DNA from: Eledone cirrhosa
Lineage: Eukaryota
NCBI GenBank assembly: GCA_964016885.1
Contig: OZ024755.1
Coordinates: forward strand, 26,970,001-27,034,000
Length of the DNA: 64,000 bases
Reading direction: 5' to 3'
Part shown: piece by piece, positions 14,224 through 27,118 of the stretch
Numbering within the stretch: the first letter of the stretch is position 1
Layout of the letters: each line of letters opens with the position of its first letter
The notes under the pieces: generated by a model
The model's input: the letters and a program-made list of their open reading frames with translations, nothing else
What the model was told of the DNA's origin: nothing
Database searches by the model: none
Position numbers and translations under genes: made by a program

Positions 14224-14450
14224 AGGCAGTGGATTGGTGGTATCAGTAGTGGGTCGGACACCATGCTTTGCAGCATAAGCATAGAGTTATGGCCCTTCAT
14301 GATCTGAGTTCAAATCCCACTGAGGTTAACTTTGCCTTTCATCTTTACTGGGTCGATAAAATAAAGTACCAGTCACACACTGAGTTTGATTAAATCGACT
14401 TTCCCCTCCCCCAAAATTGCTGGTCTTGTGCCTATATAAGAAACTATTAA
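14224..14450 (+). mobile_element. SINE family B (Meta/MESC-like core)
   Basis: GGCAGTGGATTGG..GAGTTCAAATCCC..GCCTTTCATC..GGTCGATAAAATAAAGTACCAG. Confidence 0.8.
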
Positions 14451-14680
14451 TAATATAGCCTTAAAAAATATATATATATATTGCCAGGAAAATAGCCATT
14501 AAAATATTACGGAAGATATTTACAATTCTGCGAATATGTGGTGGTTTCTATAAATTATTATTAGTTAGGGTCTAAGGAAAATTCCGCGAATAACTGGGAC
14601 TGAATGCCAGGACCACAAATGCCGGAGGTACACTGTGTGTATATATATATATGTTGTGTGTACCCCATATATATATATAT

Positions 14681-15022
14681 GGAGGCACATGGCTTAGTGG
14701 TTAGAGCATTGGCCTTGCAATCGAAAGGTTGTGAGTTCAATTCTCAGACCGGGTGATGTGTTGTTTCCTTGAGCAAGACACTTTATTTCACATTGCTCCA
14801 GTTTACTCAGCTGTAGAAATGAGATGATAGGGACTGGGGTCCCTATCATTCCACTGCAAAGTGGTCGTGGAGGTGCCACGGCAAAAAAGCACCCAGCACT
14901 CACTGTAAATGAGGTTGGTGTTAGGAAGGGCATCCAGCTGTAGAAATCAAGCCAGAATCAGTTCCCGTCCCACCCTTGCAAGCAGGGAAAAGCGGACGTA
15001 AAATGAAATGATGATGATGATG
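14681..15022 (+). mobile_element. SINE family A, full length
   Basis: tRNA head with A-box TGGCTTAGTGG and B-box GAGTTCAATTC. CORE-like CCTTGAGCAAGACACTT..CTCAGCTGTAGAAATG. (GAT)n tail; head abuts (TA)n. Confidence 0.9.
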
Positions 15023-15025
15023 ATA

Positions 15026-15320
15026 TCATCATCATCATCATCATCGTTTAACTTCTATCTTCCACGCTAGCATGGGTTAGACGGGAGTTGTCCCACTTGA
15101 GGTAAGATTGGTCGGGTGACCATGTCTCTCTCGTATCGGACTATCTGGCAGGTTTTCTACGGCTGGATGCCCTTTCTAACACCAACCGCATTTACGGTGT
15201 GGACTGGGAGCTTTTTACTGTGTTACCTACATGGCCACATTACAGTGTGGACTGTGTGTTTTTTTTTTGTGACACCTACACGACCACATTAGTTTGGACT
15301 GGATGTTGTACTACCAACAC
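15026..15320 (-). mobile_element. SINE A-related subfamily 3' part, tail-to-tail with the previous copy
   Basis: (CAT)n, then CCACGCTAGCATGGGTT..CTGGATGCCCTTTCTAACACCAAC. Confidence 0.7.
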
Positions 15321-15323
15321 AAC

Positions 15324-15381
<58 letters not shown>

Positions 15382-15849
15382 ATGTATGTTTGTGTCAAAT
15401 TGTGCAAGCATCTGTGCCCATGTACAGGACCACAATTAGACGGTGGTTGTGGTGGGGGCACAGTTCAAGTTTAGCAGGCCCTTCATACAACAAAAAACAC
15501 TTTAAAGGCCCCTTTTAGAGGTGCGGGTAGCTGTTTCTAGAGTGGACCCTGTGCATTTGCATCCTTTGCTCTTTAAAAAATGTGGCCCTGCTTATGTGAA
15601 TTTGACCAAATATGTATCCATGTGTATCTGTGTGTATCTGTTCAAATACATAGTCCATATATATCAATGTTTACCATTGACCATTACATATGCTCACAAT
15701 ATAATAAATAGTACATTGTTTAAGGAGTATAAAACCTTTTTGTGTGGTGGTGAGATCTTTTAAGGTTAAAAGGTCATCTTTACACCTACATAAACGGTAT
15801 TTTTATATGCATTTATATTTGCAGGGATATCTACAGTTATGCATGCATA

Positions 15850-16193
15850 TCATCATCATCATCATCATAATTTTACGTCCGCTTTTCCCTGCTTGCAAGG
15901 GTGGGACGGGAACTGATTCTGGCTCGATTTCTACAGCTGGATGCCCTTCCTAACACCAACCTCATTTACAGTGAGTGCTGGGTGCTTTTTTTCCGTGGTG
16001 CCTACACGTCCACTTTGCAGTGGAATGATAGGGACCGCAGTCCCTATCATTTCATTTCTACAGCTGAGTAAACTGGAGCAATGTGAAATAAAGTGTCTTG
16101 CTCAAGGAAACAACACATCACCCGGTCTGAGAATTGAACTCACAACCTTTCAATTGCAAGGCCAATGCTCTAACCACTAAGCCATGTGCCTCC
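15850..16193 (-). mobile_element. SINE family A, full length
   Basis: Reverse complement of 14681-15022. Confidence 0.9.
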
Positions 16194-16439
16194 ATATATG
16201 TTTGCAAATTGGCAGTCATTAGGGTGTCAGATTAAACGCTTTGTATTTGCTCCAATTCACTGCTCACTTATCTAAAATCTCACTAAGGTCATTTTTCCTT
16301 TCATTGTTTTGGGGTCAATAAATGAAATGCCAGCCTAGATATGTTGGATTGACAGAATTGGTAAAGAATTGAAAGGGATTCTTGTGTATTCTTGAGTTCA
16401 ACACTAGCCCTCTTCTGCCAAGAGTTGTGACTACCAAAT

Positions 16440-16635
16440 AATTATTTCTACTTTTTGCACGAGGCCAGCAATTATCCCAGTGAATTACTGGTGCTTTATT
16501 TTATCAACCTCGTAACGATGAAAGGCAAAGCTAACCTCACCGGGATTTGAACTCAGAATGCAAAGGGCCATAACTCTTTGCTACAAAACATGGTGTCTGA
16601 CGCTCTCTACCGATACTGCCAATCCACCGCCTCCA
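16440..16635 (-). mobile_element. SINE family B
   Basis: Reverse complement of the family B consensus. Confidence 0.75.
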
Positions 16636-16904
16636 AATAATATCAGCTTGCAATAGATGTGGTGACTTTTTGCAGTAAAGCAGTCATGAGAAAAAGTTAT
16701 GTTAAAGACAAAGCTTTGACATTGCTTCACCTTCGATGAAACATGTTGACAGTGATGATGCATGCATGGCAAATCTGTTATATGCTGCTGTTTGTTTATG
16801 GTTAATTATGTATTCGTATAGGAGTATGTTTGTGATGCATATATTTCAAACTATGCATACATGTGTGTGTGTGTATGTATATATGTGTGTATATATATAT
16901 ATAT

Positions 16905-17505
16905 GTCAGGTCACCAGTTGGTGCTACTGGTAACATGTATCCCAGTACAACCTGTCTCATGGTCGGGTCGTTGGCGACTAAACTGGCAACCCCACCAAGG
17001 TTTCTTGGTGAGGAGGGTGACTTTGAACATCCTGCAGGACTAAAAACAAAACCTGTCAAAAGGCAAAGGAGCTCTTAAGAGTCAATGGCAATCCAAAATC
17101 ATCGGGAGAGATGACCCCTTAGCCTTTGTCAAGGCAGAATTCTAGGAGAAGGAAAACTCTGATATAACACCTGCAACTCTGATGGTATCCAATGATGTTG
17201 ACTTGTTCTTCTTTTTGGTAAATATCTTCTTGGTTAAGAGAGTGGGACTGGCTTCATGCAGTGCCTTTGCCCACTATAAAAGCTTCACGGCACAGGCATT
17301 GCTTTATATCTGGAGATCTCTCTGCCCTTGTCGTCACATGGTACCATGGGCCCAGCACTGTCTCAATAATTGTCACAAGTGTAGTGTTTGTACCAGAGTT
17401 TTCAAGTCGCTGGCTGGACTAAAAGTCACACTCGTTCAGCGCATCGGTAGGAGTTCTCCTACATGGATATAAAGTAGTGGGCGTATTCAAAAACGAGTTG
17501 GCAGC

Positions 17506-17508
<3 letters not shown>
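16905..17508 (+). mobile_element. Non-autonomous RTE-derived element with possible 5' HDV-like ribozyme
   Basis: 5' pseudoknot-like motif, CTAGGAGAAGGAAAACTCTGA segment, and a 3' zinc-finger-like remnant HKCSVCTRVFKSLAGLK. Bounded by (TA)n. Relatives at 40560-40790, 42362-42402 and 51515-51800. Confidence 0.55.
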
Positions 17509-17523
<15 letters not shown>

Positions 17524-17546
<23 letters not shown>

Positions 17547-17905
17547 GAAGTTATATTTAATTTGTTGGGATACAACAGGCAAAATATTTTTATGTAACTG
17601 ATATAAAGCACTCAACAAGTTATTGGAGTAAAAATACAATATATTAACAAATGGAAACTATATTTATAAAACCATATTTATTTCATTATACATATTTCAA
17701 GGACACCAAAGCAAATTATAGTGCGCTTTCATTATAATATAGATCAGTTTTATAAACAAATATTAAACAATGCGACCATTTCAGTTGGAAGCTCCCGGAT
17801 ATTTTGTCTGATGAAAGTGCACTATAATTTGCTTTGGTGTCCTTGAAATATGTATAATGAAATAAATATGGTTTTATAAATATAGTTTCCATTTGTTAAT
17901 ATTAT
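17524..17905. mobile_element. Fold-back Penelope-like/retrozyme element in (TA)n
   Basis: 17638-17732 is the reverse complement of 17811-17903. Homologous to 55296-55737. Confidence 0.75.
17800..17864 (+). ncRNA. Type I hammerhead ribozyme motif
   Basis: TATTTTGT-CTGATGA-AAG..CTT-GAAA-TATGTA-TA-ATGAAATA; 8-bp stem I with G-U wobbles. Confidence 0.7.
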
Positions 17906-17924
17906 ATATATATATATATAATAC

Positions 17925-18460
17925 TCTGAAAGTACAGTAGCTAGAGTCAGAACTGGATGGAAAAAGTTCAGAGAGCTTATACCACTATTAGCCGCTAGAG
18001 GGTTCTCCCTAAAAATGAAAGGCAGGTTATACGATGCCTGCATACGAACAGCAATGCTGCATGGCAGTGAGACCTGGGCATTGTGTGCAGAGGATATACG
18101 CAGACTAGAGAGGAACGAAGCTTGCATGCTCCGCTGGATGTGCAATAGTAATATACGTGAACGGCAAAGCATAAACGAACTAAGGAAAAAATTAGAAATA
18201 AGAGGGATCAGATGTTGTTTACTCGAGAGAAGGCTACGTTGGTACGGTCACGTGATGTGCATGAAAGACGACAGCTGTATAACAAAGTACAGGGCAATAA
18301 AGATAGACGGTAGCCACGGAGTAGGCAGACCCAGAAAAACATGGGACGAGCTCATAAATTCCGACCTCGCACGCTTACACCTCTCCAAGACAATGTCACT
18401 GGACCGAGACCTTTGGCGGTGCTCAGTAATAGAGAAGACCCGCCTTACCTAAATACAAAG
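17925..18460 (+). mobile_element. RTE-clade LINE 3' fragment
   Basis: ARVRTGWKKFRELIPLL..MLHGSETWAL..RRLRWYGHV..GRPRKTW. Confidence 0.88.
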
Positions 18461-18499
18461 TAAAAACCTACTACAGTCAGTAGGCATCTCTATCAAAAC

Positions 18500-18838
18500 A
18501 CCCCCCCGTCCCACCACCTCCACCCCATCCACACCGCCCCTTTCAATGTACAGTTATGTTGGTCCCACAACATCCAGGCCGAAACAAATGAGATCGTGTA
18601 GGTGTCACGACAAAAAACACACAGTCCACGCTGTAATGTGGCCGTGTAGGCAACACGGTAAAAACCTCCCAGCCCCACACTGTAAATGTGGTTGGTGTTA
18701 GGAAGGGCATCCAGCTGTAGAAAACCCGCCAGACAGTCCTATGCGAGCAAGACAACCACTCTTGCCTCAAGTGGGAAAACCCCCGTCCAAACCCATGCAA
18801 GCGTGGAACACGGACGCTAAACCTGATGATGATGATGA
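18500..18838 (+). mobile_element. SINE A-related 3' part
   Basis: GGTGTTAGGAAGGGCATCCAGCTGTAGAAA; (GAT)n tail. Confidence 0.7.
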
Positions 18839-18839
18839 T

Positions 18840-19335
18840 TACAGCAGCACAGACTCCACTACAGCAATGAAGAGGCGGATTTTCAGGTCTCTACGAAGGT
18901 CCGACTTCCACACCGATCTCAAGCTGTGGGTCTGAGACTTGGACACTGACCAAGAGACTCACTCAGATGGTGGATGGGTGCTACACGAGAATGCTGAGGA
19001 TGGCTCTGAACATTAATCAGTATACACTGAGGATGAAAAACTCAGAGCTGTATGGGAGCATCCCAAAAGTCAGCTCAAAAGTGACACAGAGGAGACTGAG
19101 GTTGGCTGGACATGCTCACCGACATCCAGAGTTGACATTGCACTCAGTGCTCCTTTGGGAGCCCCTACATGGACACACTAGAAGAGGAAGACCAAGGTTA
19201 ACGTATGTTGATGCCCTAAGGACAGACACTGGTCTGTTGGAGATGCAGGACATGGCAGCGATAATGAGGGACAGAGACCGCTGGAGAGAACTCGTCCATG
19301 GATCTCGGGAATTTTACCCGCCTTAGATAGATAGA
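18840..19335 (+). mobile_element. RTE-group LINE 3' fragment (second family)
   Basis: DGCYTRMLRMALNI..RRLRLAGHAHRH..GRPRLTYVD..DRDRWR; (TAGA)n tail. Confidence 0.85.
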
Positions 19336-19420
19336 TATATATATTATGCTTTGGGAGGGTCATGTTGCCAATAAACACACGTTTTCAGATAAAGAATCTT
19401 GCTAAACAAATTCAGAAATG

Positions 19421-19475
<55 letters not shown>

Positions 19476-19477
<2 letters not shown>

Positions 19478-19680
19478 AAAATGTATGACCCCGACGGCAG
19501 AGCTCAAGCTGTTTCGACGGCTATTTCTGGACATAAATAGTCCAGAAATAGCCGTCGAAACGGCTTGAGCTCTGCCGTCGGGGTCATACATTTTTCTATT
19601 ACCCACTCTACTACCTTAAGTATTGAGTACTCTGGTGCGTTATGGTCCATATAGTTCCTTACCACAACTCCTTCGTTTTA
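19476..19680. mobile_element. Fold-back element of the GAGTACTCTGGTG family in (TA)n
   Basis: Near-perfect hairpin 19477-19596 plus a one-sided extension. Relatives at 34820-35283, 42423-42551 and 63147-63281. Confidence 0.7.
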
Positions 19681-19946
19681 TATATATATTTTTTAAAGGA
19701 ACGATCGACTTTCGTCAAATCGGACCGAGGAACAATGTTTCCGTTGGTCTTTCCAATTGCTAATACTATCTATCGGTCGCAACTCCAGGTAGAAGGAGCA
19801 ACGTGAAATAAATTGTCTTGCTCAAGGACATAACGCATCGCCTGGTCCAGGAATCGAACTCACAACCTTACGATTGCGAATCCAATTCTCTAACCACTCA
19901 GCCACACGCCTTCACATTTATATATATATTTATATATATATATATA

Positions 19947-19989
<43 letters not shown>

Positions 19990-20839
19990 ATATATTTGTG
20001 TGTGTGTATATATTTGTTTGTATGTGTATATATTTGCATGCAAGTATTTGTTTGTGGCTGTTTTGGTGTGCATGTATTTCTGCATGTACATGTAAACGCA
20101 TATGTTTATATGTACATATGAAGGTGTGTGGCTGAGTGGTTAGAGAATTGGATTTGCAATCGTGAGGTGATTTCGATTCCCAGACCAAGCAGTGTGTTAT
20201 CTCCTTGCGTAAGACAGTTTATTTCACTTTGTTCCTTCTACCTGGACTTGCACCCAACAGATAGTATTAGCAATTGGAAAGACCAAAGGAAGCATTGTTT
20301 CTTCGGTCTGATTTGATGAGCTCCACCCCACTTTTGAGATGTTGATGTTATTTATTATGTGAACAGTACCTTAACATCAGTATGAGTGGCCAGTTTGAAC
20401 AGAAAGAGGTGAGAGAATTCTGGCCGGATATGGCTGATTTAAATGCTAAAGGGTAAAGGGTACACGTGTCTGTGGAATGATTATCCACTTATACATTAAT
20501 TTCATGAGCAGGCTGTTCAGTTTATTGAACAGATAGAACTCTCATTGTCGAAAGCAACAGAGTTCCATTCCATATATACATATATATATATGTATGTATA
20601 TCGTTTATGGCAAAACTGAAGAGCCCTCTCTACCCTATACTGTCTCCATGCAGTTTCTATACATACATACATATATACATACATTGCACTGTGGCAATTT
20701 AAAAAAAAAAAAGAAATAACAAAATTATCAATTCTCCAAGATGGCTGACTGAATACACATGTGTATGTTTTTTTCTCATTTTCCCCATTCCTTCCTCTCA
20801 TCACTCTTTACTTTCTATTTATCTTCTATTTCTAACTCT

Positions 20840-20877
20840 GTCTTCTGATGAAGGACAAGTGTCCGAAACGTTAAGAC
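20840..20877 (+). ncRNA. Minimal type I hammerhead ribozyme
   Basis: GTCTT-CTGATGA-A-GGAC AAGT GTCC-GAAA-CG-TT-AAGAC: 5-bp stem I, 4-bp stem II, palindromic ACGT stem III. Confidence 0.75.
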
Positions 20878-21728
20878 TACTATTTCAAGTGTTAAACTAA
20901 TATATCATCTCACCAACATTAAAAGGTTGTCTTGCCTTTCAACTTTAAAATCATCTCTGTTTTTTAAACCAAAGATACCCAAGAGTAACTTTGAAGGGGG
21001 ATGAATAGACCAATGGCTACATTATAGTTATTGTTTTCAAAACTAGTGTTTTTCAATCTTTCTATTTCAAGACACACAGAAATTACTGGTGCACTTGGCT
21101 TGGAAATGTTAAAAGACAATAATGTCCAAAAGTTTGAAAAACAAAATAAAATAGAAAACTATGATGTACCTTGTTTTAAAAATCACAATTGTGCATAATA
21201 ACATGACAAATAACACATTTTTAAAATGCTCAAGTATTAGTATGGATTTTCTAAAGGCTTAAATTATATTTTTTTAAATCTGTGATGCACCTAGATACCC
21301 CTTTGCAGTACATCGTTGCACCACATTTCAGAACTAGCATTCTAAACACTGACATATTTGAATAAGGTTATCTGCAAGATTAGATGTATTTGATTGACAG
21401 CTCTTTCTATGAAGTGACTTAATCAAACAGCTGTTAATCCATACTTGTATCATCATTACATTGTTATTATAATTGATAGTTCAGTTCAAGTTTTAAAACT
21501 CAAATCAATGATCCAGTTTCAATTCCTAGCTCAACTCTTGTTACTGTATTTCAAACGAACACACTGTCTCAACTTTGAAAACTAAAAATTTGGAGGAATT
21601 TAATAAAATAACCAACTTTTTTGTTAGTAAGCTGATGTTTAGAACATTGCTTAATAAATTTCTTAAATAAAAAGATGATGGAAGGTTTTAATATAAGTAT
21701 GAACACTTTTATGTGGGCAGTTTATATC

Positions 21729-21953
21729 TTAACCCTTTAGCATTTAAACCGACTGTATCTGGCCAGAATTCTCTCACCTTTTTCTGTTCAAACAGGCCAT
21801 AACCAGCCACTCATATTGATGTTAAGGTATTATTCTCAAAATAAATAACATCGTCTCATAGATTCGCTATTATGTGAGATAATTATGTGAGGTAAAGCCT
21901 TTACTGTGAAAATATAATAGTATATATAGAGTAATGTAAATGCTAAAGGGTTA
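21729..21953. mobile_element. piggyBac-type MITE, intact ends
   Basis: TTAACCCTTTAGCATTT..AAATGCTAAAGGGTTAA. Confidence 0.88.
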
Positions 21954-22641
21954 AATCAAGGGTGGTTTCAGGTGGATCGGTATCAAAAGGTTAAATACTT
22001 CACTTAAATTACTTCCTGGTAGAAATAAGAAACGCCTTTACTTCCCATCTCACATATGTTACTACACTCTACAGAATGCACTGGGCGCATTTTATTGTAG
22101 CACAAAGATTAAGGAATGAATGTACATTGGTAACCTTCATTTCTTTTGTAATTTTGAATATATATATGTCTCAAGAAATACTTTGTATTTATATTAATTA
22201 ATGCAGAATTTGGAAGGTTTTATTAAAATTATTATTTCATTATTAAGATGGTATTTGTTACATAACTAAATGAGGTTTTTATATCAAATTATGTTGGAAA
22301 GAGTTAACATAAATAGGAAATTTTTAAAATGGGTGCTTTTGTTTTATAAAACCAGAGGCAAATTAGGGTGTGTTGGTATCATAAGGGTTGTCCTACCCCC
22401 TACTGTCCTAAATATGGGGAGGGTACATAAGATATTATAATCACAGATATTCCTAAAAAGATGAGATGGGGGATACGTGGAATCTCTTTCATCATAAGTC
22501 TGCTTAATCAGTGTTCACCTGAGATTAAAGCTTTTGATACTACCCCACCTGAAACTGCCCTTGCTAATTTTAAGTTAAGCCTTCCATCATAATTTTATAT
22601 GGAAACTTTTTGTTAAGAAGGGTTCCAAACAATGAAAATGC

Positions 22642-22735
22642 TACCTTATATACTCGAATATCAGCTGAGGAATATGTGACCAAAATATCAAGGTAGAAGA
22701 TGGAAAGGTCAGCTTATATTCAAGTATATATGGTA
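22642..22735. mobile_element. pogo/Tigger-like palindromic MITE
   Basis: TACCTTATATACTCGAATATCAGCTGA ... TCAGCTTATATTCAAGTATATATGGTA inverted ends with TA flanks. Confidence 0.6.
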
Positions 22736-23414
22736 AGTTATGTTATAAAATCTCTCCAAATTCTTCATTAAATTTCCAAATAAATGTAAACACCACTGGC
22801 AAGATATTTCATTAGAAGGTTAATCAATAACAACCACAACAATAACATCATAATTATTAGGTAATGAAAAGATTCTTAATTATGAATTAATCCTGTCTTC
22901 AGGTTTTATTTGGAATGATCTCATAACAGAATTACAAGAGATTTAATGCAACTGACAATGCTTTTGGTAAAATGCCATTGCAGTATTTGTTCTGACTCTT
23001 TACATTCTCTGTTCAAATACTGCCAGAGTTAACTCTGCTTTTCATCCTTCTGGGAATGATAAAATAAAGTACTAGTCAAATACTAGGGTTGAATTCATCA
23101 ACTTTACTCTTTTCATGTGCTTAAATTAGAAATCAATATATCATATTTAAGTAAACTTTAATGGTAACTGTTGAATGGCCCTTTGGACCCCTTTTTCAAT
23201 TCATGCATCCCATGGTACTATTATTCACAAGCGTGACTGTATAGTTCACGGTTTCAGGTTTTATCTCATTGTCTGGTTTTAGTTTTCTACTAAGTTAATC
23301 AATGCTGCTGGCAACACTGTATAGTGCATTCCACTGAATACTAGACTGGTCCCTTCTATTTCCCCCTGAAGAAAAGATTTTATCTTGAAATATCTGGACA
23401 GATAAATATTTTTT

Positions 23415-24057
23415 ATTTAAACCGGCCGTATCTGGCCAGAATTCTCTCACCTCTTTCTGTTCAAACCTGCTGTAACCATCCACTCATACCTATGTTAAGG
23501 TAGTGTTCTCAAAATAAATAATATCACAATCTCGTAGATTCAATATTATGCGAGATAAAGCATTTTCTGTGAAAATACAACAGTATATATAATGCTAAAG
23601 GGTTAAGGAATTTTTAGAATTGCAGAAATCTTTGAAGTAGGTACTATGTATGACCCAGTGTTTGATATTCTCCGAGTTTGAGAAAAATTTTTAATGCTTA
23701 TTTTGAACATTTTATGAGTGTTTTACATCTTTTATCCATCATTTATCATGTTAGTGCATGTAGTATTTGACACTACAAATAAACTTATCACTGGTTGCAG
23801 GATTCAAATATTATTGCCCCATACATCTACACTCACTTAACTCTTCAACATTTACATTACTCTATATATACTATTGTCTTTTCACAGTAAAGGCTTTAGC
23901 TCACATAATAATCTGAGATTTTGACTATATATTTTGATTTTATATTTTGAAAGCAATACCTTAACGCTGGTATGAGGGGCCAGTTACAGCCAGTTTGCAC
24001 AGAAAGAGATGAGAAAATTCTGGCTGGATATGGCCGGTTTATATGCTAAAGGGTTAA
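23415..24057. mobile_element. Two piggyBac-type MITE copies (23415-23606, 23837-24057)
   Basis: Family interior and GCTAAAGGGTTAA ends. Confidence 0.75.
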
Positions 24058-25803
24058 AAGATGTTCTGTACATATAATAATGTACTAATGCTGTTGTTTC
24101 AATCAGATCAGCCAGAATATTTATAGAAAAATGTTTTTCTTTATAATAAGGAAATTTTATTAACATCCTGTTTGTATACTAAAACTAGACTATGAAGTTA
24201 GTCTTTTCTATTTTATAACTGGAGGAGTAAAAACTGGAACTAATAAAATACAAGTCAGACTATAGTAGCAATTACATCATAGAAAAGTCATGATACCAGT
24301 TTAAGTACAAACATACATACCAATATATTTACTTTGGAATTCTATTACAAAAAACAAAAAGGAAATATAGCAGGTATGTTCGTGTATTTTAAATGACTAT
24401 CACGATTCTTCCAAGATCTTAGATCAAGTCATTTGCAAAACAAGTACAACAGTAAAATATAGTAGATTCAATTCAGTTAATCATTGCTTCCTTGCTGCAC
24501 ACTTCACTCCAAGTCCATTTCCTATACTCTATTTTTACAATTACATCATGTTATTTTCTTACACTTTCTTCGTTGTTATTTATTAGTTTTTTTTTCAGAT
24601 ATTTCACTGCAGGTCATGTGATATTGCAGTTAGATGAATATCGTGCTTAACTAAGTTTTTTTTTCCTAATATTTCTTTTCTTATTGTGAAGTATTAACTA
24701 AAATTAGTTTCAAATATCTGGAAAACATTGGCTTAATTTTACATTTCCTGCTGAAAATTTCTTTTTACTATCACTGTTGATGCTTATCTTTGCCATTTTT
24801 CTTTCATCATACATACACATCATCATCATTGTTGTTTAATGTCCGTTTTCTCTGCTATACATTCTCTATATATGAACTATTTACATATTTACATTTTTAT
24901 ATACAGTAAGCCATCCTTGGAGATTTATAGTAACATGTGAATTTTTTTCTATGTGTAGGGACTGCTAGCTACTCACTCAAACCTTTCTCCATTTCTTGAG
25001 AAAGGTACATTGAGAGAGGTTTCCTGTCATCTTTTTCACTGTGTTACTATCATTCTCAAGTCCAATGCTAGTCAAGTAGCACAGCATGAATCTAGCTATA
25101 AATCCACAACATCCCAACTCTACTGGATAGTAGAGAAATATAGTACATCTTTAAGCTTCATACAATTTCATAAGTCTCCTTATTTTTGACTCTTCTTCTC
25201 GTGTGTTCAATGCACTGTCAACTCAATAATCAAGACTTATTTGCAATATGGCTTGGAAACAGTTTCTTAACTAAAAAAGGCAATATTACTTTTGATATCA
25301 ACCCAGTCAAGACAGGCTCTGGTTCGATGAAACAAAACCACCCACTTTAAAGGGTGCTTATTTATATTTTTAAAAATTCCAGCGTAATTTTCTGTTAGAG
25401 CCTTTGGATAAGCTATGTTATAAATAGCATCTTCATAATAAAATAATTAGTAAATCCATCTGAATCCATTAATTCAAATACAATGTATTTTATTAAAAAT
25501 ATGATGGCGAAACTGTAATACATGATGAAGAGTTTATATATAAATTTCCCTCAAACCTTATACTACCATCTTCAAAAGACATTGGATATAATCTCAGGTA
25601 CGCTATGCCTGAAAAAATGTTAGGATGGTCATGGCTAAAATGTTGTTGATGTCATTGCTAAATGAAAAATAACTTGGAGTTTAGCAACATCTCTTAATCA
25701 GTATTTAGAATTTTCATATTTTCAAATAGAACTTATTTTCAGTAACCCTGATGTTCTGGTTTTAACATACACAATTGCACACTTTAAAATGCTCATACTT
25801 ATA

Positions 25804-26022
25804 TTAACCCTTTAGCATTTACATTACTCTATATTTATTATTGTATTTTTGTAGTAAAGGCTTTACCTCACACAATTATCTCACATAATATCGAATCTAC
25901 AAGACATTGATGTTATTTATTTTAAGAACAATACCTTAACGTCAATATGAGCGGCTGGTTAAAGCCAGTTTGAACAGAAAGAGGTGAGAGAATTATGGCC
26001 AGATTAAATGCTAAAGGATTAA
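25804..26022. mobile_element. piggyBac-type MITE
   Basis: TTAACCCTTTAGCATTT..AAATGCTAAAGGATTAA. Confidence 0.85.
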
Positions 26023-26462
26023 AACATTTCATCATAATTTTACTTGAGAAATTTGTAGGTAATATTTCAAACATGAGCTTACTAATGACAAGGTTAGTTA
26101 TCACATGAAATTCTTCAAATTTACAAAATTAATTGATATACATAGGCAGTTTATTTCATTAGAAATGAAAGGGTTAAAATGCTTTGTGTCAATTTTCACA
26201 ATCTCTCTCTCTCTCTCTCACAATTGCTCATTTCCTATGTAAGTGTCACTTGAGCTTTGGGTTGTGGAGAATTCCTTCTGCCTGTCTTTCTACAATCGTC
26301 AACTTTGGTTTTGCTTCAGAGCAATTAATTGAACCTGCTTATATTTCTGGCTCTGTGCTATTAAATACATTTATGGCAGTAATTGTGATGTGTGTGTGTG
26401 TGTTTTAGTGTGTGCATGACATGTCCTTGTCTGTTATTTAATAGTTTCATAATAGGTGCAAT

Positions 26463-26511
<49 letters not shown>

Positions 26512-26514
<3 letters not shown>

Positions 26515-26760
26515 GTGAAAGAATGAAGAAACATGGTCAACAGTACAAAAAGGGTTTTGTAAATAAAACCCTTTTTGTACTGTTGACCATGTTATTCTTC
26601 ACTCTTTCACTATTATTACTCCAAGATTAACCTGCATAGGAATTCCAGAGAACTCGCAAACTCGCTACCTAAGGAAACCTCTTGTTGAGTCAAACTACGC
26701 CATACGCTAAAACTATCCACAATACGGAGTATTCACAACCTCTAACGATAATTTTTTATC
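26512..26760. mobile_element. Fold-back element (same family as 32010-32490)
   Basis: Hairpin 26512-26613, plus an extension homologous to 32330-32460. Lies within (TA)n/(TG)n. Confidence 0.7.
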
Positions 26761-26779
26761 CCATATATATATATTATAT

Positions 26780-27118
26780 ATCATCATCATTTCATTTTAC
26801 GTCCGCTTTTCCCTGCTTGCAAGGGTGGGACGGGAACTGATTCTGGCTTGATTTCTACAGCTGGATGCTCTTCCTAACACCAACCTCATTTACAGTGAGT
26901 GCTGGGTGCTTTTTTGCCGTGGCACCTCCACGACCACTCTACAGTGGAATGATAGGGACCTCAGTCCCTATCATCTCATTTCTACAGCTGAGTAAACTGG
27001 AGCAATGTGAAATAAAGTGTCTTGCTCAAGGAAACAACATATCACCCGGTCTGAGAATTGAACTCACAACCTTTCGATTGCAAGGCCAATGCTCTAACCA
27101 CTAAGCCATGTGCCTCCA
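26780..27118 (-). mobile_element. SINE family A
   Basis: Matches family consensus. Confidence 0.9.

Noticed and set aside
14681-14756. tRNA gene
   Set aside because: tRNA-derived SINE head: A and B boxes are present, but there is no proper acceptor stem and it continues into the SINE body.
14694-14933. Recurrent 79-aa MPFLTPTSFTVSAG ORF in many copies
   Set aside because: Antisense reading of SINE family A, not a gene family.
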